DNA of 64,000 bases from Chara braunii (taxonomy: Eukaryota > Plantae > Charophyceae). Below, piece by piece: positions 50,892 through 64,000 of the stretch. The stretch lies in contig BFEA01000001.1 of the NCBI GenBank assembly GCA_003427395.1, forward strand, positions 13,243,552 through 13,307,551. Direction: 5' to 3'. The stretch's first letter is position 1. Each line of letters begins with the position of its first letter. The notes beneath the pieces are model-generated. The model ran no database searches, was not told where the DNA came from, and saw nothing but the letters and a program-made list of their open reading frames with translations. Made by a program: the position numbers and the translations under genes.

Positions 50892-51725
50892 TTAGGCAGC
50901 AGAGAACGATGCGACGAGCTCCCTGATGGTCTTCTCCGCGCCCTTGAACCATCTCTTCTCTCCAGCTTGCGCCCTGAAGATGATCAGCTCGCCATTGTTC
51001 ACGGTAGCAGTGATGAACTGGTGCCTTCCTCCCTCGTTTCCATCGGCCGACCTCGTCAACAGCTCGTAGGCGTAGTAGGTCTTTCCACCGACAGTCTTGG
51101 CCTCCTTCTCGAAAACGTTGGCCGCCGCAACCTTGTTCTTATCGAACCCTCCTTCCGAGCGCGTCGCGCCGGCGTAAGATTGTTCTCCCAGCAGGTAGGA
51201 GTACTTGTTGAGGAAGTCGTCGGTAGAGCCGAAGTCCTCGATCTTCGACTTGCCCTCAGCAGTGTTCTTGATCACGGCGAAGTTGGAGACAGAGTCGCCG
51301 TTGTCCTCATAGCGAAGGACAGTGCCCTCGAACTCCTTCTGAGGAGAGGGGTTCCACTTGGAGGGAATGTCGACACGGAAACCCTTTCCAGCGTAGGGGA
51401 TGTAGTCGGTGTTCTTCTTGACTGCGCCGAAGATGTTGGCGGCCTCGCCGTACGCGGCCTCGGCGGAGTTGGGCTGAAGAGTGAGGGCGGCAACGGCAGC
51501 AGCGGCCGAGGTGAGCGACAGGATGGCGGCCCTGCGCGACGTGGTTGCCTCCGCGCTCGACTCCGCCTTGCACGACACGACAATCCTCGTCGCGGCCTTG
51601 GCTGGCATGGCCGGTCCCGCGCAGAGGGACCTGCCGCTCAGCGAAGCCTTGGACGACTGCAGGCTCTTGGCATTGAGACCCACGAACTGGGCGGTAAGCG
51701 AAGACGCGGACGTAGCGGCGGCCAT
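50892..51725 (-). CDS. psbP: Photosystem II oxygen-evolving enhancer protein 2 (PsbP/OEE2) precursor, intronless, 277 aa
   Basis: Chloroplast transit peptide, Tat signal SRRAAILSL, AEA^AYGEAANIFG processing site, IPSKWNPS, LRYEDNGD, RSADGNEGGRHQ, AQAGEKRWFKG; start context GCCATGG. Confidence 0.97.
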   Translation of the reverse strand: MAAATSASSLTAQFVGLNAKSLQSSKASLSGRSLCAGPAMPAKAATRIVVSCKAESSAEATTSRRAAILSLTSAAAAVAALTLQPNSAEAAYGEAANIFGAVKKNTDYIPYAGKGFRVDIPSKWNPSPQKEFEGTVLRYEDNGDSVSNFAVIKNTAEGKSKIEDFGSTDDFLNKYSYLLGEQSYAGATRSEGGFDKNKVAAANVFEKEAKTVGGKTYYAYELLTRSADGNEGGRHQFITATVNNGELIIFRAQAGEKRWFKGAEKTIRELVASFSAA

Positions 51726-51800
51726 GGCTACAGAGCTTGAGTCTATACGGCAACCGGAGCTCAGCCAAGCGGGAGAGGGGCGTCCGCGTCGCGTCGGCTT

Positions 51801-52298
51801 CACGTCAGGTCACGTCGTGTCTGCTGACCAAACCTATAGCGAGACCGAGGGATAAGGAGGACGATGAACACGAAGCAGACGGTGACGACGACGCCCCTAA
51901 CGCCCTCACCCGGCACCGAATGCACGCCGCGGCGCCCCCACAGGATTGCCAGGCAGATAAGGATAATCCCGACGCCAATCCCTCGCACTGGCAGTTGGCG
52001 CGGGAAATCCAGTTTCCCGGTGTGAAAAGGAGTAGACGGGGGGCGCAGAGCAGCGCCCAAACCAGGGCAGCTAGGGGAGCCTGCGCCCGGCCCTGCTTCC
52101 CGAAGCTCATCTCCCACCGTCTTCACCCCGACTCCATCCCAGCCGTCTATTTCGACGATCTACCGAGCCCATCGGTTCCGCGCCAAGTGCTATGCGGGTG
52201 AGAGTACTCTCACTGAACGGTGCCGGGCGAACTCCCAGGCCCAGTGGTGGAACCGTGCGCGGCGATGGGGTGGAATTGTGCTCGTCAGGCGGATAAGG
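51801..52298 (-). promoter_or_regulatory. Candidate light-responsive promoter of psbP (ACGT boxes plus I-boxes)
   Basis: CACGTC at 51801 and 51811; GATAAGG at 51851, 51956 and 52292, all within ~570 bp upstream of the ATG. Confidence 0.45.
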
Positions 52299-52689
52299 AG
52301 ATCCTTTGATCACATGTAGGCAACGAAAGCCCAAGGGTGTCAAACAAAATTACCCCTATTTTCCAAATCCACAAAATCCATTCACAGGATCCGGCCGCTC
52401 TCCGCTATAGGGCGTTATGCGCCACATCGATCCTTCTATCTGTTGGCCAATGCGTGCTTTTCTGCCTGCTGAGGGGTGTTGATTTCTTTTCCGAAGGGGA
52501 AGCGCCAGCCCTGCATCGGAGCGTTTCCAGACCCGGAGGGGGGTGGGGGGGACTCGCAGAACTTGCAAAACCCATCACCCTCTGTCACACGGACAAAAGG
52601 ACCCACCGATAATTTATTGGGCTAAAATGGATCTAACGGTCATCACGAAGCCTTGCCCATCCATTTTACGCACCCAGCACATAACCTTC

Positions 52690-53070
52690 TTTTCCTTTTC
52701 CTTTTTTGAATCCCAACCAATTCAATTACCTGTACAATCTGGACAGGACTACCTTTCAGGCCCTTTTTTTTATTGTCATTATAGTTTTACCGGGGAGGGG
52801 ACCGGAGGGGAGGCACACCGAATGGCCCATCCCAGCTGACCCCTCGCCGGTACCACCCACCTGCTGGCGGGTGCAGCAGTTCCCGCATGTTCCCTCGTTG
52901 GAGGATTGAGCACGGACATCACATTTCTGATCCCACAGGACCAACCCCTCCGCTGACGAAGAAAAAGAATCTCTGACTGACAGATTCGCCCATGATAAGC
53001 GGCTGGTCCAAAAAAACAGACGGAATGCCAAGCCTTCCTGGAACCAGGGCCAAGGTCCCACTTGCGCAAA
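52690..53070 (-). mobile_element. Retroposon 3'-end fragment (paralog of 36900-37023 plus 37828-37840)
   Basis: T-rich tail, then CCCAACCAATTCAATTACCTGT...TTGTCATTATAG shared with the hAT insertion site. Confidence 0.55.
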
Positions 53071-53170
53071 TTAGGAGTTTTCGGCCGTTGATCTTCGCTA
53101 TCTACGGTCGGTATCTCTTAATTCGTGCAAGTGGGACCTAGCCCCAGGTTGTACGTGTCCTGTACAAAAG

Positions 53171-53347
53171 TTAAACCACCAGTACTTGGCCCATACATAG
53201 TCTGGGGGCCCTTGTTGTGTATTTGCGCTGCAACTTTCGGGGCTCAGTCTCGGGAGCAAATTAGCTGGCAGCACCAGCCGAAAGGAGGCAGCGCACAGGG
53301 CATTTCCACGGTCGGAGATAAGTGCCTCGGAAGTACTGGTGGTTTAA
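53171..53347. mobile_element. TTAA-flanked MITE (best-preserved copy)
   Basis: Perfect inverted ends TTAAACCACCAGTACTT / AAGTACTGGTGGTTTAA. Confidence 0.85.
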
Positions 53348-53821
53348 ATGGAACCTGTGTCTGTGCTCCTGCTAACTATCCCCACTGCGGCCTAACCTGT
53401 TTTGACCAACAGTGCTGCTGCTAACTATCCCCTCTGCCGCCTAACCTATTTTGTCCAGCCTGAACTCTGCCCAAGTCACAGTATTTCTCAGCAGGTACAC
53501 TGGACTGCAAAATTGGCAAGCCCTGCCACAGTCCCAGTGTGACAAGAGGTGTGAACAAGGACTGTGACTGCGGGAATAAGGTGCGAATGAGGACTGCGAC
53601 TGTGGGAATGAGGTGTGAATGAGGACTGTGACTGGGAAATGAGGTGTGAATGAGGACTGTGACTGGGGGTAGTGAGTCAGGTCAAAATGTGGGCCGAGGT
53701 ACGTATTGGGCTTCGTGTGCTTTCACCCTAGTAGATCAAACTGATGTATTGTCAGTCCATATTACTGTTCATTGTTCTGACTGGTGGATTCCTCCCCTCT
53801 GGAAAGCCCTTCAGACAGGAA

Positions 53822-56317
<2,496 letters not shown>

Positions 56318-59137
56318 ACTAACTGTCAATCCTATGTGACGAGGTCAGGAGGATCCGCTGCATGGGACGATGATCCCCACGTGATATTCATATTCAAGTA
56401 TCGTGGTCCGACTAAGTAGATAAATGAAATCGATATATACGAAACGTGTCACCATGACATGATTGTGTGTATGTCATGGTTATGGGTTCGCACGATATGT
56501 TATTGAGTGGTAGGATGTCGAGTAAAACAACTAAAAACTTCGGTTAAATGATAAAAGTGATTATAAATATCAATTTTCATGACCCGATTATATGGTTTGG
56601 AGAACTGATAAAAAAAAACAGAAACAAACAGGTTGGTTGATTGAAGAAATCAAATGGAGGAGGTAGAACAAGTAGAGGAATTATAAGCAAAACGTTGTTT
56701 AAAGCACTTAACCCATAATAGTTATTGCACTGCAGCAGGGGTTACCAAACTATTTTTTTCTTTTACCCATATCTAGCCTAGCTTTGAATCGATTACTCAA
56801 ATTTTTCTGCAAATACCGAGCCTACCGAATATTCGCAACAAATACATTTACTTTACGCCGCCACGCCCAAACCTAATTTTTATTAATCCGCATTCAACCA
56901 CTCCTAATGCTAGTTTTCATCCAGTTGTGTCCAGCGGTACCAACATAAAAAATTATCATTTAGCTTCCATTTTGTTTCCCCTCGATTACAAACTCATACC
57001 ATATTCGGATCTATATCTTATTGCGTATAAAAACTAATAAGGATTTGTAGATATTAGAACAACCCTCACGGGGGTCCATATTCCTACCAGCCTTAGTCAA
57101 TCCTACATAAAGAAATGCACATAATATAACAATTAGGGTATCCTCATTGGGCAGAGGGATCCACCTTTTCGTCGTCATTGTTAGTTATGTATAAAGGAAG
57201 ACACATAGTGAGACAACTCACATATGATTCACCATGTCATTATGTTTCAAAATTAGTCAACAAGTTTTTAGACGATAGGCTAGCCAACACGGGGGTCGAC
57301 ATCCCTATTTTTGCGATTAACCATAGCAAGATAAATACATGCACATCCAAATATTGTATGCAGGGTTCTTATCTTACTGTATTTCTATAATCAATCAACC
57401 TTGAAACCTCAAATTGTAGGACAACCCACATGGGGGTTCAAATTCTCATCATCCTAATTACTTTGCTGAGGGTGAATTTACATAGTATGATGATCCTCAC
57501 ATAGGTTCACATCATTGTGTTTTTTTTTTAAGTATGCAAAAGTTGGGGCAATAAGACAGTCCTCACTTTTTTATTGACGTAATAATTCAGACAGAAAATG
57601 ATACACATAGTGACATAACTCACATAAATATTTACATTTCACCATGTTTCGAAGTTCGTCAAACGACCTTTAAGTGATAGGATGAACCATACATGAATCC
57701 ATATTTCGATTAGTCACATACAAAGTCATATATTTGTAAGGATAATATATCTCACTTAGGCTTTCATAAATGAGAAATCTAATGTTTTTTTATGATAGTA
57801 CAACCCACGGAGTGATTCATATTTCTATCATCGTAGGCGATTTGCCTACAAGGAATCGACACAGTGAGATAGGTTTCAAGGGGTTTCATATTTCACTACG
57901 CATTTTATAAGTAATCTTAAAATTAAAGTGATAGGACAGTGCTTATGCGAGTCAATTTTTCTATCGCTTTAATTAATTAATTAATTAGGACATCATGTAC
58001 ATAGTAAGATGTCTCACCGTGATTCAATATGAATTGAGAATTTTTTAACAGTAGGAGAACCCACACGTATGTTTACATTTGTACTTCCTTGGTCAGTCAA
58101 AACCAAAGTAAAAACAATCACACAGTAAGATAGCTCATACGGAGGTTCACATCTCATCATGTGATCAGAATGCAACGAAAAATCTGATGGTTTATCGCTT
58201 TAGCCAGTCTCATCCAGAGAACGTAGTCGCATACATAGATCGCTCACACAATCAATGAGAGTGATGAAAGGTGTGTCCAAAGCGGAGAGACGTAAGCAGC
58301 GCGGTTTTACGACTCTCATACCTGATGTTTTTCCCTTTTAGAGAGGGACGTTTTATCCTCGAACTTTTTTATTTTTTTATTTTTTTCGCTTAATTTGCAT
58401 GAATAATTTTTAAAATGAGGGTATTTAAAACGTTGTGATCCTCCTTGGTCTCATGCCTTCAATAAGCCTAACCTTTCTACAGCCTAGTGCCTCGCCACAG
58501 ATAGGTGCATAAAGAACCGGTGGTCTGAATTTTTTTTCAACTATTGTCATTTCATTTCATCCAACAAACCATTCTCCACAATACTTCCAACTACTTGCTC
58601 ACTTGGTACTTTAGCAGTGATGTCGACAACCAAAGATAGCCTCCTTGAGAGTAGTGGTTAACGGTGATCCAAATTTTCATCGTTTTTAAATGTTATTTAT
58701 AACGAACTGAATGGTCCTTTTAATAATATTTAAAGAGTAGTGCATCCTAAATAGTGAAAATGAAACAAAACACTTCAGAACATCAATAATGGTACAACAC
58801 ACAATTTTGACCGTCGAATTGTTTTTTATAGAAAACCAAAAATTCAAAAAAAAAAATAACGCTTCAGCAATGAAAAACGTTTACAGCATTCACCACTAGT
58901 GCTCCTTAGGATCCTTTTATTGATATATGTCTGGGATGTTAAAAGGTTGTCGGAGATGATGGGACATTAAACCACCACTGATTTCAACAACAACCATCAT
59001 GGTTACCATGAGGCCCACCTTTTTATTTTTGTATGCTCGAATGATGATCTAAGAAGCGTAGCATCATGTTCGTGTTAAGTAATAAATTGCGAACGTTTGT
59101 GACCGAATGCGAACATGCGCCAAAACCCTCGAATGTA

Positions 59138-59175
<38 letters not shown>

Positions 59176-62100
59176 GTTCACAACAAAATTTGAAAACAAT
59201 ATGTATTATGACAGTTATATAAAATAGCAACACAAATATTTTTTTATCGTAAGCATTTCTAATATCTTAACCGAGCGTGAGTTACAAATGATAAATAAAT
59301 TAATAAAATAAATAATTAATTAAAGTGTTCATACATATGCATGAACGTATTATGGCGAAAACTTTCCAAATAGGAGAACATGTCTGCATGTTTGTAAAAT
59401 CCCCGAACATATTTGTTGTGCTATACATGATTTCATAATTGAGAGTTTTTTATTTGTTGAAGCGATGTACTGAAAACGCATAAGGAACCAAACAACTTGG
59501 GTGTTTTTGCAATTATTCCTATGAATCTGCCTCCAAACACCCTACACTAAGCACCTTGGATGCTTCTGCGTAACACGAAGATGTTAATGACTCATTTATG
59601 ATAAATGCTTAAATATTCCCTACATATTGTTGTGAATGCTTTTAAAAATGAAAAATGCAAGGGCTAGCTCCAATCTCTCATTAACCCTCACAGTGCTTGT
59701 AGTTCAGGTGTGAGAGTATAAGCTACTCCCACCAGGTTTTTAATGATTTAATCCATCAATATACATTCAACAAAGTCTTACTCTTTGAGGCTGCAATAAA
59801 AGTATCTTCATGTTGTGGTTGCAACTAAGGGCGTTTGTCAATACCAAACGCATACTCTACACACGAAAGTCCAATTAGCTGCAACAAGTGCATCAGCGCG
59901 GGCAAACCACGGGCCTGCAGCGAGGAACTCAAGAAGGGAGTTTAAGAGAGCGGAGATATAAGCATGTTGGACAATCGCTCTGCACGAATGAAATGTTTTC
60001 AAACAAAGCGTCCCCATTTTTGTTTTCTATTTTATGCATGTTCGACAAATGCACATTCTTATGGGTGAGTCTCTTTCTCTCTTTGTCACTCTCTCTCTAT
60101 ATCCCTCTCTCTGTCCGTCTGTATGTCTAACTATCGCTCTCTCTTCTCATGTTATCAGTCCTAATGCGCCATGTCTTACCACTCTCACTTGCGGTCGTTA
60201 TGTGACCAACCCAAACAAAAGAAACCATGGCATACATCCAACATGCAAAACCTTGTGTGATGCTGGCGTCCACAAGCGCAAAGTTGAGATGACATTCATT
60301 GCAGAATACGTTGTTGGGGCTCGTATTGCCAATGTCGAAAACATCATTTTCGACAATCGAAGTCGGACAATGTTTATCATAAACAAATAAGTAAAATTGA
60401 AATGATTGTTGTTGCGGAATGTGTCGTCGATGCCGAGTGAAATCCCAAACGAGGTTTCATCATGTAGTGCAGCATGCCTCTATTTGCCCTGGCCTACAAC
60501 CAGCGCCTATTTTCCTGTTTGGCCTGTGGGACCAGGGCATGACCTGACCCCACAGGTCGTGTGATGTTTCAGTCTAGTCTAATCTTGCCCGGTACCACTA
60601 TCAGTATCAGGCCAGTCTGTCCATTCCTGTCAGTCTGTTTTCATTTATTCCTCATTCTGCACATTTTGGAGTACATGCGTATTGAGTCAATGCCGATATG
60701 CACTGTCCCTTTCAGCTTTCAGTTTTTTTTTTTATCTTCTCCACGCTCAACCATTCGTCTTCATCCTACACTGGTATCAAAGCGAGAAACGTCCCGCGTC
60801 CCCCCCCCCCCCCCACGATGACGGACGGCAGGCGGCTCTTTACCCCCCCTGCCATCCCCCCTCTCCTTGACGGGCGGCGGGCGGCTGTTTGCCCCCCACC
60901 CCCGGTAGACGGGAGGTGACGTGACAGGTGGCTGTTTGCGCCCCCCCCCCCGGCGACGTTGGTGCCAAAACCCGATAGCGAGTTTTTGGTTGTTTATCGG
61001 TTGTTTACAAAGCAAAACAACGGAGGAACGTGCGACGACGAGGGAGCGACAGGTGGCGAGAAAAAAAAGAGGGTCGCCACGACGCTTGCAAGGCCAAGGT
61101 CGTCGCCCACGCTCGCTCCGCTCCCAGATTAGTTAGGGTTTGAACCCAGGCAGCTGTTGGTCATGCACGTGCGTAGCCAGTGTTGTAACACATTGACCAA
61201 ACTATCTTCATGGCTCTATAGTACGGGACGTTGGTGTTCAAGACTTCCACACCAACTATTTACCCCCCCCCCCCCCCCCCCCCCCGAGCGGCGAGCGGTG
61301 AGCTGCGAACAACGGCCACCACGACAGCAATGGGTGGGCTGTTATTTGTCGTGGCCCTCTGAAGTGCCATGTGACATCTACCTGGAGAATCTGAAGACCC
61401 CCCTGGCTAGGGGGCTGCACTACTGTGGAATCTGGGTGGTTGATCAAGATCTCAGCACACTCAGATGATGATGATGATGATGATTTTTTCTATTGCTGCA
61501 CCAACAGTTTGGGAGCAGTGAAGACCCCCAGGCTAGGGGGCTGCATGTCAGTGCAATCAGGGTGGCTGATCAATTATTATTTTTTTGTTGCAGTAGCCGG
61601 CTGCCAGCACCTTGTGGATCTTGGTGATCTTGTTGCTCTTGGCCAACCAAGAGCCTGGTATCATCTCTCTCCACTAACCTCTTCCACCCCCCCCTCTCTC
61701 TCTCCCCGATACCATCTCATCACCCCTTCTACCTCTACCAGTACTCCCTCCCTCCTACCTCCCTCTTCACTCATCTTCCATCATCTTTTCTCCCCCTCGC
61801 CCCCCCCTCACCATCTTCCACTAGTCTTTTATATTCTCTTCACTTTTCTCATCACTTTCTCTCCCATTCTCTCATCCCCCTCTCCCCCTTCCCTCCCCCA
61901 ACTACAACCCAATCATCCCCCCACCTCCCCCGCCNNNNNNNNNNNNNNNNNNNNNNNNNNNNNNNNNNNNNNNNNNNNNNNNNNNNNNNNNNNNNNNNNN
62001 NNNNNNNNNNNNNNNNNNNNNNNNNNNNNNNNNNNNNNNNNNNNNNNNNNNNNNNNNNNNNNNNNNNNNNNNNNNNNNATTTTTCTGTTTTTTTCTTTTG

Positions 62101-64000
62101 TCTTTTTCTTTGATTTAAATTTTATCTTTTCTTCAAAAGTTTGAATAATCTTTTCCCTTACTTCTTTCTCATTTTTTTGCTTTATTTTATTTTTATTTTT
62201 GTTTATTCTGAAATTTTGTTTTTTTCTGCGGCACCTCTATATCAGTTTAGTACTTAGTTATTTCTGCTATCGGTGCACATTTCAACCCCGTAGGGATAAC
62301 GAAGTGCTGCCGAAATTTGATCCTTTCTTCCTTTTTTCTCCCATCTTACTTAATCATTTTTTCCTAACGGCACACTTCGACCCCATGGGGGTAATGAAAT
62401 GCTCCCAAATTTTTTGAAAAATCTAACACTTCGTTTTTCTTCACTCTCTTCAACCTCATTTATTTATTTATTTGCTTATTTTTAAAAAAATTATAAATTG
62501 CGGCATTTCAAAAATTAGTGTGCTTCTCTTAGTCTCTCCTTCCTCTTGGCACAATTTTGACCCCATGGGGGGTAAGAAAATGTTGTCGAAAATTCCAAAA
62601 AAGTAAATATTATTTCTCTCTTCATATTTTGCTTACTTATTTGAAGTTATTTCCGTATTTATTTTTATTATTTATTATTTATTATTTTTATCTCAAAATT
62701 TCACTATTTGTTTATTTTTCTCTTCCCCTCCCCTCCATGGTTGCTATTTTTTTTTCTTAATTAGGTCGCCGTTATCCTACCTTAACCACCAAAACTCCGG
62801 TTAGGTTTTCGGGGTTTTCTAGGGCTTAGGGTTCTCCTAATCCCCCTCCTCTCCCACCTCCTCCTGTTGGGCACCCTGGACCCGAACGACTCCTCTCCCC
62901 TCGATCGGATCTGTGCCACCCTCTCACATGCGACCCGCTGGTCACGGGGCAAGCATACTCACGACTACACATTCTGCTCCCGTGGTCCCCTCCTTCTCAC
63001 CGATGGTTCCTTGTCCCCACACCATAACCCATCTCTTTCTCCACCCCTTTCTCCACCTTCCGCCATGTCTACCCCCATACGTTCACTGCCCACGAACGGG
63101 ACTACATTCGAGGCGATCGTTGTGGCGTCCTCCTCCTCTCAGGCGTCCTTCATCTCTCAAGCGCCTACCCACCTGACCGTCCAGGGCCAGACCCCTGTGG
63201 ACCGCATGGACCTTCACGTTGTTCTTGCGTCCCTCCTTGAACCTTTGCAAGCGCGACTCAATGCGCTTGCACCCCTGAAGGGGCAAGATAATGTGCTCGC
63301 CCTTGAAGTGCACCGCCTCAAGGGTTCTCCTCATCGCTCTTACACTCCATGGCCTGCCGGCTCACATTCCGTCTCCCCACGACTCCAAACACAGAGACGT
63401 GGTGGTTCGTACTCCCCCGCGGGTGAGACCCAACACTCCCCCTCCGCAATGGTGAGTGATGTCACCACTTAGACCATACCATCTGTTGCGGCACACCTGT
63501 CGGCCCCTGTCGTTCTTGCAGCTTCGGCCACTACCGTAGGTTTTGCTGCCCAGATACCGGTACCTGGTCATGCAGTTTCATTTACTCATCCCGGTATGGC
63601 TTACCAGCTTCCCGTTTCCGTCCCGACACTATGGCTCGGAGACCTCCCTCCTCCCCTCATCTCCTCACTCCCGCCTCAAGGTTCCCTACAATTCGTTACT
63701 CCTCCTCCTGCTAGGGTACCCTCTCCGCCTCCTCCACCTCTGACCCGGCGCACCCAGTGAGTGGCTACCTTGCATGCCACCGTCGCGCAACTCCAGGCGG
63801 AGATTCTCACCCTGAGACAACCTCACCCTTTACAAGTTCCTCACCCTTCTTCTGCTTATACTGCCCCTCCCACCTCTGTCATGCTGGCTCGTTTCCCTCG
63901 ACCGGCTTCTCCCCCTCTACCCTCCTACCTCGCCACTCTGTCACAACTGGTTGTGGTCGTGGCCTCCACCTCTGTTGGACCTTCCACTAACAATTATGGC

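Noticed and set aside
51726-51803. 26-codon N-terminal extension of PsbP in the ORF track
   Set aside because: Begins at a non-ATG codon; the ATG at 51725 has good context and starts a typical transit peptide
60034-60430. Possible coding remnant in the AT-rich region
   Set aside because: No identifiable motif or convincing splice structure
62867-63472. 201-aa Ser/Pro-rich ORF
   Set aside because: No recognisable domain; may be the start of a TE ORF running off the window, but cannot be supported here

Overview
Repeat-rich eukaryotic nuclear DNA from a streptophyte alga. A Chara-like charophyte is most likely, inferred from a flagellar gene next to nuclear psbP, Ty3/gypsy chromoviruses, L1/Tx1-type LINEs and abundant (CT)n/(AG)n tracts at N-gaps. 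There are two host genes: (1) the last five exons of a RIB72/EFHC1-family axonemal gene (DM10 domains plus C-terminal EF-hand; + strand, 20700-42031) with TE-filled introns of up to ~10 kb, and (2) an intronless psbP (OEE2) on the - strand (50892-51725). The rest is mostly degenerate mobile DNA: two chromodomain gypsy elements (one internally scrambled and split by a nested LINE), several LINEs, and hAT, PIF/Harbinger, TA-flanked and TTAA-flanked TIR elements. The most notable non-coding signals are three. A type III hammerhead ribozyme motif with a complete catalytic core lies on the - strand at 22505-22560. A poly(A)-tailed retroposon ends in a U2 snRNA fragment (48680-48746). A multi-hairpin RNA cassette with compensatory changes is conserved in the 3' UTRs of divergent LINEs. 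All structures were read by eye; no searches or folding were run.
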